Source: an uncultured delta proteobacterium
GTDB lineage: Bacteria; Desulfobacterota; RBG-13-43-22
Direction of reading: 5' to 3'
DNA: 64,000 bases
NCBI GenBank assembly: GCA_963843145.1
Contig: CAWJJC010000022.1
Span: 224,001 to 288,000, forward strand
Part shown: in pieces, positions 54,820 through 64,000 of the stretch
Layout of the letters: every line of letters starts with the position of its first letter
Numbering within the stretch: position 1 is the stretch's first letter
Translations under genes and position numbers: made by a program
Notes under the pieces: model-generated
Database searches by the model: none
What the model saw: only the letters and a program-made list of their open reading frames with translations
Told to the model about the DNA's origin: nothing

Positions 54820-56718
54820 ATGACCGAAAACACCGAAAAAATGGGCCAGGGCATCGCTACCTCCGAGAAAAAAGTCCATTCCCTCCGGCGGGGAGCCCAA
54901 TCCCGTGTGCCCCTCAAAGCGGCGATCATAGGCGGCGGAAAGGCCTGCGAGGATCTGCTGACGCTGCTCAGCGACGATCGGCTGACCCGGCTGAAAATGG
55001 AAATCCTGGGCGTGTCCGACCCCAATCCCGAATCCCCCGGCCTGGTACGGGCCAGGGAGATGGGGTTATTCACGACCGGGGACTTCTCCGAACTTTATGC
55101 CCTTCCCGGTTTGAATTTGCTTATCGAGTTGACCGGCTCTCTGGCGGTCCGGGAGCATGTCATTCGGACCATCCCTCTGGAGGTCAGTTTCATCGACCAC
55201 CGCGGTGCCCGGCTGCTGTGGGATCTGATTCAGATGGAAATCGAAAAACAGGCACTGCAGGTGGAGTCGGAGAACAAGCTCCGGCAGTTCCTGGAGTCGG
55301 CCCACGACGTCATTATCATTAAAGACCTGGAAGGTCGGTACCTGTACGTCAATCCGGCCGGAAGCCGGTCCACGGGTTTATCCCGGGAACAGGTCATCGG
55401 CCATACGGATTTTGAGCTTTTCCCTGAACCCCAGGCCAGGGCCATGTATGAGAACCATCAGGAGGTGGTCAGGGAGCAGAAGACCCGATTCTCCAAAGAT
55501 CGGATGCATATAGCCGGCGAAGTCCGCTACTACGATACGGTGCGCTTCCCGATTTTTAATGAGCAGGGTGGGATGGATTCCCTGGCCATCATCTCCAGGG
55601 ATGTGACGGAAGAGGTGGCCCTTCAGGAGGAGCTGCGCCGGAACAAGGAATACCTGGAGAATATTCTCTCCAACTCGTATGACTTGATCATAACCACCGA
55701 TACAGAGGGTCGTATCGTGACTGTCAACCCGGCGGCTGAGCGGATGCTGGGCTACACCCGGGACGAGATGATCGGCGTCCCGATGGAAAATTTCTGGAAA
55801 GAGCCTGGGATTCGCCGGGAAATCATGAGACAGGTTGAAGCCAGCGGCGCGGTGAATAACACGACGGGCGCTCTGGTCGCCAAGGACGGGCAGGTGGTGG
55901 AAATCGGCCTTTCCCTCTCCCAACTACGGGATGTTCAGGGAAAGGTCCTGGGCACCGTTGGGATCAGCAAGGACATCTCCGAGGAAAACCGTCTGCGCAA
56001 ACAACTGCTGGAGCAGGAGCGGCTGGCCGCCGTGGGCCAGACGGTGGCCAGCGTTACCCATTGCATGAAAAACGTCCTGAACGGACTGAAGGGCGGCGCC
56101 TATATGGTGGAGGTGGGTCTGAAACGGAATGACTCCAAGCTAACCCGTGAGGGTTGGGAGACAGTACAGGAAGGCGTCGACCGGATCAGCAAGATCAGCC
56201 TGAACCTGCTGAGCTATTGCCGGGAGCGAAGACCCGTTCCTGTTCCCGTCAGCCCTTATCAACTGGCCCGGGACGCCGTGGAGATGGTGCAGAAATCCGC
56301 CCAGCAACAGGGTGTTGCGCTCACCTGCCAGGGGGGAGAAGATGAGATTGCTCACTTGGATCCGGATGCCGTCGGTCGCGCTCTGCTGAATCTGGTAACC
56401 AATGCCGTGGAGGCCTGCAAAGAAAAAACCTACGGCCCGGGGGAAAGCCCCCGGGTGGACGTTCGGATTGAGCGGGCCGACCGGGTGATCCGCTTTATCG
56501 TGAGCGATAACGGCATCGGGATGGGCCCGGAGGTCCGGGAACAACTTTTCAAACGGTTTTTCAGCACCAAGAGCTATAAAGGGACCGGCCTCGGGCTTAG
56601 TACCACCGCCAAGATTATTGAGGAGCACGGCGGCAAGATTTCGGTCGAATCCGAGCCCGGAAAGGGCTCCCGGTTTACCGTGTCGATCCCCTCCCAACTC
56701 CAACGATCGAACGAGTAG
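54820..56718 (+). CDS. Cytoplasmic histidine kinase: Rossmann-like N-terminus + two PAS domains
   Basis: AAIIGGGKAC..ILGVSD..LLIELTG, two PAS/PAC, H-box THCMKN, DNGIG, GTGLGL. Confidence 0.9.
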   Translation: MTENTEKMGQGIATSEKKVHSLRRGAQSRVPLKAAIIGGGKACEDLLTLLSDDRLTRLKMEILGVSDPNPESPGLVRAREMGLFTTGDFSELYALPGLNLLIELTGSLAVREHVIRTIPLEVSFIDHRGARLLWDLIQMEIEKQALQVESENKLRQFLESAHDVIIIKDLEGRYLYVNPAGSRSTGLSREQVIGHTDFELFPEPQARAMYENHQEVVREQKTRFSKDRMHIAGEVRYYDTVRFPIFNEQGGMDSLAIISRDVTEEVALQEELRRNKEYLENILSNSYDLIITTDTEGRIVTVNPAAERMLGYTRDEMIGVPMENFWKEPGIRREIMRQVEASGAVNNTTGALVAKDGQVVEIGLSLSQLRDVQGKVLGTVGISKDISEENRLRKQLLEQERLAAVGQTVASVTHCMKNVLNGLKGGAYMVEVGLKRNDSKLTREGWETVQEGVDRISKISLNLLSYCRERRPVPVPVSPYQLARDAVEMVQKSAQQQGVALTCQGGEDEIAHLDPDAVGRALLNLVTNAVEACKEKTYGPGESPRVDVRIERADRVIRFIVSDNGIGMGPEVREQLFKRFFSTKSYKGTGLGLSTTAKIIEEHGGKISVESEPGKGSRFTVSIPSQLQRSNE

Positions 56719-56834
56719 GCCTGTGGGCTTTAAGCGGAGGATACGAGGCTTCGACTGCGAAAACACCCTTGTTTTTTTGAGGCGGTTAATCTATATACTA
56801 CTAGTCGATAACAAGGCCCTCAAAGGAGAAGACC

Positions 56835-57650
56835 ATGAAACCTGTGAATGTATTGATTATTGATGATGACCAGAGCAATGTCCGTTATTTGACCACCATC
56901 CTGGAGGAGAACGGCTTTACGGACATCCAGGCGGCCTTTGACGGAGTGGAAGGGTTGGAGAAGGTGGAGACGGTCAAGCCCGGGCTGATCCTCCTCGACC
57001 TGCGCATGCCCAAGAAAAACGGTATTTTAGTTTTTAACGACCTCAGAGGGAACGAGCGGTTCAAGGACATCCCGGTCATCATCCTCACCGGAGAAGGCGG
57101 TTTCCTGAAGCACCTGGCGGAATTACGTCAGTTTCGCGAGGACGGCCCGGTTTTGGATGCTAAGACTTCGGAGGAGGTGCTGGGGCGCTTCATTGCCTCG
57201 CAGCCGGACGGATTTCTGGAAAAGCCGGTTGAGCCGGATCGGCTGATGGCCATCATCAGGAAATTGCTGGCCACCCTGGAAGAGGTCAAAGAAGCCCGGC
57301 AACAAGATGTCAATGCGTTACGGGACCGGAAGCTTTCGGGGGGAGTACAATTCAAAGGAGTTCTGTTCGACAGCAGTGAGCGGAGCCGAAACGCCCTGGC
57401 CGCCACCGCCATCATGTTGGCGGCCTCGGATTTCAAATTGCCGGAGGGGTTTGCCTGGCGCTCGGTGGACAACCGGAACATCATCCTGGACCGAAAGGAA
57501 CTCCTGGCGTTTCAGGCGGCTATGACCGGCTGGGTCTTCCGGACTTACCAGGCCTCCTGGGACCATAAGGCGGCGATTGAAGCCCTGTCCAGCATCGAAG
57601 AGGCCGAAAAGTACGACCTGGAGCAGGGATGGCCCGGTAAGGTGCTTTAG
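56835..57650 (+). CDS. Response regulator with a C-terminal DUF4376-like domain
   Basis: Receiver IIDDD, LLDLRMP, ILTG, EKP; C-terminus NALRD..GGVQFKG..FDS..SR..WRSVDN..HKAAIEA..GWP. Confidence 0.8.
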   Translation: MKPVNVLIIDDDQSNVRYLTTILEENGFTDIQAAFDGVEGLEKVETVKPGLILLDLRMPKKNGILVFNDLRGNERFKDIPVIILTGEGGFLKHLAELRQFREDGPVLDAKTSEEVLGRFIASQPDGFLEKPVEPDRLMAIIRKLLATLEEVKEARQQDVNALRDRKLSGGVQFKGVLFDSSERSRNALAATAIMLAASDFKLPEGFAWRSVDNRNIILDRKELLAFQAAMTGWVFRTYQASWDHKAAIEALSSIEEAEKYDLEQGWPGKVL

Positions 57651-57701
57651 AACCACCTAGAACGCGAGCGGATCAGCCCGTTTCCTTCTTCCTCCCCCCA
57701 G

Positions 57702-58715
57702 TACGATTCCGGCAAGTGCCTGCACTATTACTTCTACTTCATCGACAAAACGTTCGGCCTAGGCTATCTCCGCGTTCCCACCTGGGCGCCCCTCCGACTC
57801 CAGTTCTATATGAACGGCCATAACTGGCTGGCGACGAAATTGACCAAGCGGAAGATTCCTTTTGTGCTGCGGGAGAACGCCTTCCTCTCTATTGCCGATT
57901 TTGCCAAAGCGCAGGAACTGTCCGATAGCATCAAGGTCTCGGATTTACACCGCGCCTTAGATGGCTTCGCCCAAAAATACTGCCCGGTCTTTCAAGAGTA
58001 CGGCCTCACCTATCATTGGAGCACCATGCAGGTGGAATATGCCACCGACCTTGTTTTCAAGAGACAAGCCGACCTTCGGGTCTTGTACGATCAGATCGTC
58101 CGAACCGCCATTCACTCCGTGAAACCGGAGAATATCGCCACCTTCCTGGGCCGAAAGCTGCACGCCAACTACCAGGGCGAACTGGGCAATAACTTCAACA
58201 CCCGCATTCAGGGAACACGGATCAAGCACCATATGGGCGCTTCTTCCATCAAGATGTACGACAAGTTCGGAATCATCCTCCGGATCGAGACCACATCCAA
58301 CGACGTCTCGGAGTTCAAGCATTACCGGGAAGTCCAGTTACGGACCGGAGGCACCGTTCACAAAACCGCGCCCCTGAAGAAGAACATCTACAGCCTTTTC
58401 GAACTCACGGCCATCTTCAAAGCCTCGAATCGCCGTTACCTGGAATTTATCTCCACCTTCAATGACCAGAGCCGAGGGATCAAAAACCTCGAAAGGATTT
58501 CTAAACCCGTGGAAACCGACGACCGTTCCTATAAGGGGTTCAATTTTTTCAGTCCCGATGATCTCAAACTATTTGAAATCCTGGCGCGTGGCGAATTCAA
58601 TATCAACGGACTTCAGAACAAGTCACTTCGCCATCACCTCCCGGAAATAAATACCGCCGCGATGACGAGGGTCCTGAAACGGCTCCATATTCACGGCCTG
58701 ATTCGTCCTAAATAG
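57702..58715 (+). mobile_element. Truncated IS-like transposase/replication-initiator-like gene
   Basis: GKCLHYYFYFID..YLRVPTWAP.RLQFY.NGH, SIKMYDK..LRIETT, winged-helix-like end RLHIHGLI; no start codon for the homologous 5' part. Confidence 0.6.
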
Positions 58716-58739
58716 GGAACCGCTTGTTGATAACAAGGC

Positions 58740-59663
58740 TTATTCATGAGCACATCCACAGGTGGAGGATAGTTTGCAGGAAAAGGTTTTGTCCGCTAAA
58801 GACCACCACAGTTCGTTGATGCGCAGGTGAGGGACTTCAGCGGCGATTTCCGGGTGGTATCCTTGAGGGTAGGAAAGGTCCGCCAGGGGGGATTCATCCC
58901 CCAAAAAGGCCTCAACCCGCTGCTGAATAGGCAAATCTTTTTCTAAGGACTGGTCGGGAGGGGCAAAGCAGACCAGCACGGCCAGTCCCCAAATATCTTC
59001 GGCCTTCCGCTCTAGCAGCAACCCGTCTTTTTCCAAAGTATGTTCAAAACCTGGGGAGCGGGCCAGTACGATTCGTACTGGACTCTGTTTTCGATAATAA
59101 GCGTAAAGGCATAAAAGGCGATCAAAAAAGGGAACGCCGAGGTCCCAGCCGGGTACATCCCTGATCAATCGATCCGGGTTAGCGGCACCGTTTGCTATTG
59201 CCTCCGAAAGTCCATTCTGGCTTCCAGAGGGGGACCGGATGCGGAGGCTGGTCAGGCTTTCAAATACAAACGCGGACGTTCCTTGTCTTTGGTCAAGGAG
59301 CCATTCCAGGACCCCGAGGTGAAAAAGGTTATCCGGGACCCGGCGGATGGACTGAAACCTGGGCGTGCCGGTGTGATCAAAGTGCTCGCTCAGTATTTGT
59401 TCCCTTTCTTCAAGGGAGAAGCGCGAAAAGACCTCCTGATGGGGATAGGGAAAAAGTCTCACGGAAAAAAGGCCCCGGTTAAATTCCGAACCGTTTTCTG
59501 CCAAGACTTCGGTCCGCTCCAGTTGCAGGGAGAAAGGGCCAGGTCCTTGGGCCAACCAGAAATACCAGTTCGGTTGATCCTTCCAGACCTGGCTTACCCC
59601 CATCAGGCCTAAGGCTTCCTTCAATTCTTCGGCCCAGGAAGCCATAAGGAGCATTCCTTCCAT
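58740..59663 (-). CDS. Hypothetical protein with a Cys/His-rich C-terminus
   Basis: 307-aa ORF, GGAG RBS, ends CKLSSTCGCAHE. Confidence 0.65.
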   Translation of the reverse strand: MEGMLLMASWAEELKEALGLMGVSQVWKDQPNWYFWLAQGPGPFSLQLERTEVLAENGSEFNRGLFSVRLFPYPHQEVFSRFSLEEREQILSEHFDHTGTPRFQSIRRVPDNLFHLGVLEWLLDQRQGTSAFVFESLTSLRIRSPSGSQNGLSEAIANGAANPDRLIRDVPGWDLGVPFFDRLLCLYAYYRKQSPVRIVLARSPGFEHTLEKDGLLLERKAEDIWGLAVLVCFAPPDQSLEKDLPIQQRVEAFLGDESPLADLSYPQGYHPEIAAEVPHLRINELWWSLADKTFSCKLSSTCGCAHE

Positions 59664-59689
59664 TTCGCTCCGAAAGGCAGTTTCTAAGT

Positions 59690-59965
59690 CTATGAGAAAT
59701 CTCCCTTCTTCAAAAAGAGTTCCTTGACGATGGCTGATTTTTCCCGCCCGGTGGTCTCGATGCCCTCCAGGCGGGCCGTCTCCATCAGGATGTCATCAGG
59801 GTAGGCCAGGGTCAAGGAGGCGCTAGATTCCTCGGATTCGAAGAAGCATTCAAAATCAGCCCTCCGGTTGACCTCATTGATCCCTTCCTGATAAGCCGTG
59901 ATAGTTTCCCCCAGCAACTGCCTCAGATATCGGGGAAGGAAAAGCCTTTTACTTTGATCGATCAT
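59690..59965 (-). CDS. Hypothetical protein
   Basis: 91 aa, AAGGAGG RBS, co-oriented in the operon. Confidence 0.65.
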   Translation of the reverse strand: MIDQSKRLFLPRYLRQLLGETITAYQEGINEVNRRADFECFFESEESSASLTLAYPDDILMETARLEGIETTGREKSAIVKELFLKKGDFS

Positions 59966-59981
59966 AGGAACTGGACCTCCT

Positions 59982-61202
59982 TTAAAGGGCCTTTCTTCTT
60001 AAGGGCCAGGTCCCCCCAAAATCTCGATGAACCAGGATAATGGAAAGGAAGAGGATGGTCCAAACCAACGGTGAGTCGTCGGGTTGTCCCACCCCGGGCA
60101 CTTTTCCGAGAAAAAAAGTGGTGGCCGGGGAATAGTAGAAAAGGTAGATCAGGATTCCGCCGGCCAGACTGATGGCGGTGCGGATAATCCCTCTAGCCCA
60201 CAGCCCGGAAAGCCGAGGCGCATTATTAAAATAAGTGGACCAAATAAACGCGGCTAAAATAAAGAAGCCGGCAATTTCGCCGGCATGAATATAGCGGAAA
60301 TTGGGACCATCCGTGTACTGGCCGCCCTCAAAGGCCTCTCCCCAGGGGATATTCATGACCTTTAACAGGATCACGAACAGGATCACCCCCAGGATAAAAG
60401 TTCCGAGGAAGGTAACCAGGCCCTTGGCCAAGGTCCCCTGGCCGTTCCTTTCCAGCCGGCTCCAGGGCCGCCCTTCCCATAAAAGATCCGAAATCACGAT
60501 CCAGAAAAGGATACACAGGATCAGCCCCAGATTAAAAAAGGCACTCCCGGTTTTGGCAAAGGAGATCCACCAGGGTTGAACACCGGCTTTGGATTGTGCC
60601 GGATAAAACAGGTAGCAGACGTGGGGATGGAACAAGAGGCTATAGGTGATGATTGAAAAAAGGAGCACCGTAACCAGGCGGGACCAGGCCAAAGTGCCCC
60701 GGTTGGCATTCAGCCAGGGCCAGTCGCCGAAACCGACCCGCCAAACAAGGGCCCACCAAAGAAAGGCCCCAAAAAAATAAACAATGGCCAGGGAAGCGAT
60801 TTCACGGGCATTATAGGCTTCGGCCCCTATACCCCCGCCGGCCACAATCGACTTGGGGCTGAAGTAAGCCACCCCAAATTTTCCGATAAATCCCCAGAAA
60901 AAAACATAGACCAGGAAAAGCATCAAAAAAATGGAGACGGCGGTCAGCAGAATACCCCGGAAAAAGGTAGTTTTCCCCGGCAGGTGAAAGGGGTAGTAGT
61001 CGGCTACGGCGGTCATAAGGATGATGGCCGAAAACCAGGTTACCACGAGGGAAAAGCCATACATCGGGGTGTAGAGTTTAAACCAGCTTTTATTGGGATC
61101 CATAAAAATGAACCAGAGAAGCCAGACCACACAGAAGACCACCGCTAGGCACACCAGTCCAAGTATATAGTTGAACGGTTGGGGTTTTTCCCCTGTTTCC
61201 AT
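59982..61202 (-). CDS. Polytopic membrane protein (about 10-11 TM), putative transporter
   Basis: Repeated aromatic-rich TM helices with DYYPF/GDWPW/EGRPW/GTWPL loops; AAGGAGGG RBS before METGEK. Confidence 0.75.
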   Translation of the reverse strand: METGEKPQPFNYILGLVCLAVVFCVVWLLWFIFMDPNKSWFKLYTPMYGFSLVVTWFSAIILMTAVADYYPFHLPGKTTFFRGILLTAVSIFLMLFLVYVFFWGFIGKFGVAYFSPKSIVAGGGIGAEAYNAREIASLAIVYFFGAFLWWALVWRVGFGDWPWLNANRGTLAWSRLVTVLLFSIITYSLLFHPHVCYLFYPAQSKAGVQPWWISFAKTGSAFFNLGLILCILFWIVISDLLWEGRPWSRLERNGQGTLAKGLVTFLGTFILGVILFVILLKVMNIPWGEAFEGGQYTDGPNFRYIHAGEIAGFFILAAFIWSTYFNNAPRLSGLWARGIIRTAISLAGGILIYLFYYSPATTFFLGKVPGVGQPDDSPLVWTILFLSIILVHRDFGGTWPLRRKAL

Positions 61203-61239
61203 AGACTTTCCCCTCCTTTCGCGATTGTCCGGCTGGGGT

Positions 61240-62334
61240 CTAAAAAACAACCTGGTCGCCATTGGTCAAAAATACATTGCTGGCCTTGGCCACCGTAGAG
61301 TACTTCTTGTAAGACTTGTACTTGTTCGTGCCTTTGACGATGGGTATGCCCTCGGCCGCCGCCTTTTCCCCCCAGATCCATCCCGTGCAATGATTACAGG
61401 CGACCTTTTCCAATTTAAAGGTCTTAACCCCCCGGATGATATCGTCAAACTTGGGGTCCCAGGTTTCAAACAGGGTGATATGGAGGCCCCCGTAACAGCC
61501 ATAGGGATCATATCCTTCGAAATTCTTCTTGGCGTAAGAAAACAAGGATAGGATTCCCGGGTGGCAGCAGCCGGTTACGGTGAGAATGCCTTTGTCCTTG
61601 ACATTGAAATAGAGGACATTCTCTCCGCGGACCCGGAGCAGGATGGGGACATCAAAATTTTTAATCGCCACACCCTCCATGAGTTTATAAACACCCGTGC
61701 CTTTTTCCCCTTCCGGATCACAAAGCACCAGCTTTCCGGTGTGGGGGTGGTCGTTCTTACAGATGGGCACCGCTTTCCCTTCCTTGTTCTTGGCCACGTG
61801 GTGGGCCTTTTGCTTGAGCAGGGCCATGTCTTCGGGATAATAGGTTTTGGGGGCATACATGGTAATATCGGGTTTGTGCTTCATAGTGGATTCAATGCCC
61901 CAGAAGTGGTCCAGGTGCCAGTGGGAGAGCATCATAAACTCGATTTCCCCGCTCTTCAGCATGGCCGGGATCTTGTTCATTTGGAAGATATAGTCCATCC
62001 ATTCGGTGTTCCATCCGGTATCCATGAGAAATTTTCTCTCTTTACCCTCCAGCGTGGTCACGGTGATCAGGGCCGAGTAGCCCCCGGCATTGTCCCACGT
62101 CCAGGGGATGATGTACTGATTGGTCATGCCGCCGCCATAGTCCATCATATCTTTTTTAAAGATATCGTTATTAAACCAGCTTGTTTCGGTGAGGACGTCC
62201 ACCTTGACGGACTTCACCTGGCCGAGGTTCAATTTGTTGGCCGCTTTGGCCTGGCCGGGCAGGCCCAGGGACCCCGCCGCCGACAAAGCGGCCCCCGTGG
62301 CCATCATGGATTTCAGGAAATTGCGTCTTTCCAT
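61240..62334 (-). CDS. Tat-exported MBL-fold metallo-hydrolase (COG1237-like)
   Basis: MERRNFLK Tat motif, DTG, SHWHLDH, TGCCHPG, GGLH, CNHCTG. Confidence 0.88.
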   Translation of the reverse strand: MERRNFLKSMMATGAALSAAGSLGLPGQAKAANKLNLGQVKSVKVDVLTETSWFNNDIFKKDMMDYGGGMTNQYIIPWTWDNAGGYSALITVTTLEGKERKFLMDTGWNTEWMDYIFQMNKIPAMLKSGEIEFMMLSHWHLDHFWGIESTMKHKPDITMYAPKTYYPEDMALLKQKAHHVAKNKEGKAVPICKNDHPHTGKLVLCDPEGEKGTGVYKLMEGVAIKNFDVPILLRVRGENVLYFNVKDKGILTVTGCCHPGILSLFSYAKKNFEGYDPYGCYGGLHITLFETWDPKFDDIIRGVKTFKLEKVACNHCTGWIWGEKAAAEGIPIVKGTNKYKSYKKYSTVAKASNVFLTNGDQVVF

Positions 62335-62416
62335 AATAATTCTCCTTGATTCTGAGATTCTGACCTAAAAAGATTTTTTTAAGGTACAGGAAACATTAAT
62401 ACAATCGTTTTATTAA

Positions 62417-62749
62417 TTAACCGGCCTCTTTTTCAATGCCTTTACGCAGGTTGTAAAGATAATCGATGAGCAGTTCGCTTTCGGTCGTTTTCAATGTGAC
62501 GCCGTTTTTATGCATGACATTGATCACCAGAACCCAATCATCACGGGTCTTCCCGGGTCTTTCCGGATCGGCCACGGAATCGTGGCACCCCAAACATTTT
62601 TGGGTATACAGTTTGTAGGCTTTTCTGTTTTCAACCTTTTTTTTGCCCTCCTGGGCCTCGCCGTTGATGCCCGCCAAGAAAAGAGCCGCTGCCAGGAAGG
62701 TAAAGAAGCCCAACCTTAGAAATACTTTTCCGCCTAAGCTTTTTTTCAT
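62417..62749 (-). CDS. Periplasmic monoheme cytochrome c
   Basis: Signal peptide, CLGCH, KTRDDW..INVM (candidate distal Met); GGAGGT RBS. Confidence 0.85.
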   Translation of the reverse strand: MKKSLGGKVFLRLGFFTFLAAALFLAGINGEAQEGKKKVENRKAYKLYTQKCLGCHDSVADPERPGKTRDDWVLVINVMHKNGVTLKTTESELLIDYLYNLRKGIEKEAG

Positions 62750-62957
62750 TGATATCACCTCCTTTCCGTTTAATGATCACCTTATTAAAGAAATTGACCA
62801 AGACTCGAGTTTTTCCCTGAGTGACGACCTTCTCCACCACTAGTCATATTAGCAAAATCGAAGGGCAATAATCAATCGGTTAATTGAGACTACCTCTTAT
62901 CACCCCATACCCTTTTAGCCTGGCAAGGTCTCATGACGGTTACACGGATCCCCCCCA

Positions 62958-63998
62958 TTAAGGGGCGTCGTTTTTCGGCAGGGTGAAGCGAAAAATGCTG
63001 CCCTTCCCAAAAGTACTTTCCACCGAGAGCGTTCCCCCGTGGGCGGTCACAATGGCTTTGGCAATGGATAACCCCAGGCCGGAGCCTTCGCCCTTTTTGT
63101 CGATCCGGCAGAAGGCATCGAAGACGCAGGGCAGGTCTTCCGGCCGAATGCCCATCCCGGTATCCGAGACCTCCACCAGGACATCTTCGGTTCGGTTTGC
63201 CAGCCGGATGGTTACCGTGCCTCCCGGTTCGGTATATTTGACGGCATTGTCCAGGAGATTCGAGATCACCCGGTCGATCATGGCCGCATCGGCCAAAATA
63301 ACCGGCAGGCTTTCCTGGTCATATTCGAAAGACAGGGTTAGATTTTTTTTCTCGGCCTCCACCCGCATGGCTTCGAGGCGGTGGTTGAGGGCCTCTTCCA
63401 GATTATAGGGGGCCGGGGCCGGTTGATATTGATTTCGCTCAAATCTGGAAAAGTCGAGAAAGTCCGCTACGATTCGCTGCAATTTGGCGGTTTCATCCCT
63501 GATGATGGACAGGTAATCCTTCTGTTTTTCAGTCAGCGGACCGGCCTTTTCGGCGAGCAGCCTGTTCAAAAACCCTTCGCCGGTGACGATCGGATTTTTC
63601 ATGTCGTGGACCAGCATGGAGAGAAAGTTTTTTCGTTCCCTTTCCTTCTGCTTTATTTCAGTGATGTCCCGGAACAATTCGACCCCGCCGAGAAAATTTC
63701 CCGCGTCGTCAAAGAGCGGAAAGATCGTCATAGATAAGGTAATGGCTTCCCCGCTCTTTTTCTTTAGGATCCCTTCGGTGGCAATGGAAGAGGTGTGCCG
63801 TTCAAAGGCCTGTGAAAATAACGGACAGGAATGGGGATCGGATGAGCCGTGGAGGATTTGGAGGTGTGATTTTCCTAAAATCTCATCTCGCGAATATCCC
63901 GTGAGCTGCTCGGCGGCCGGATTAAACTCCAGGATAATTCCATCCTGGTCGACCAGGGAAAAACCGACCGGCAGGTTTCTGAGAATGGCCTCGTAAAG
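62958..63998 (-). CDS. PAS sensor histidine kinase, 5'-partial
   Basis: Frame open to the window end (LYEAILRNLPVG..FNPAAEQLTGY), VHDMKNP, DTGMG, GSGLGL. Confidence 0.92.
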   Translation of the reverse strand, partial: LYEAILRNLPVGFSLVDQDGIILEFNPAAEQLTGYSRDEILGKSHLQILHGSSDPHSCPLFSQAFERHTSSIATEGILKKKSGEAITLSMTIFPLFDDAGNFLGGVELFRDITEIKQKERERKNFLSMLVHDMKNPIVTGEGFLNRLLAEKAGPLTEKQKDYLSIIRDETAKLQRIVADFLDFSRFERNQYQPAPAPYNLEEALNHRLEAMRVEAEKKNLTLSFEYDQESLPVILADAAMIDRVISNLLDNAVKYTEPGGTVTIRLANRTEDVLVEVSDTGMGIRPEDLPCVFDAFCRIDKKGEGSGLGLSIAKAIVTAHGGTLSVESTFGKGSIFRFTLPKNDAP

Positions 63999-64000
63999 TT

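Noticed and set aside
57648-57810. The TAG of the REC-DUF4376 gene is in frame with the downstream IS-like ORF (read-through or pyrrolysine?)
   Set aside because: One-in-three chance; the upstream domain ends naturally at GWP, the linker is non-homologous and no pyl genes are in the window
56835-58715. Prophage remnant
   Set aside because: Only one phage-like domain; no integrase, structural genes or att sites seen
62848-62870. Possible sigma54 promoter upstream of the cytochrome c gene (also TTGC near 17453)
   Set aside because: TTGC is present but there is no GG at the required 10-nt spacing

Overview
64-kb chromosomal window from an anaerobic, probably Desulfobacterota-type bacterium (inferred from gene content: sigma54 EBPs, Hdr/MvhD, Orp-like genes). 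In order: an M20 peptidase 3' end; a polyamine operon (pdaD-speB-deoxyhypusine-synthase-like); lipoproteins, XdhC, DsbD and a cold-shock protein; a long minus-strand block (TetR, SulP, a multi-step two-component relay, a soluble PhsA/PsrA-like molybdoenzyme with Fe-S and GltD-like subunits, FmdE, GcvH, LpdA); a sigma54-driven cluster of two TauE/TSUP exporters, TIGR02186, a PEP-synthase-like dikinase lacking its PEP-binding barrel, cytidylate-kinase-like/BON proteins, three paralogous HAMP kinases, four stand-alone receivers and a heptad-expanded DUF202 protein; a sigma54-driven NuoEFG/HydCBA'-like module with a degenerate HdrA-MvhD-winged-helix fusion; two OrpR-like Fe-S PAS sigma54 activators with NifX/DUF5320 genes; a kinase paired with a response regulator whose output domain resembles the phage tail-associated domain DUF4376; a truncated IS-like gene; and a cytochrome c/Tat-MBL/membrane-protein operon. 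I saw no rRNA, tRNA or CRISPR array. All family assignments are by motif recognition only; no database searches were run.
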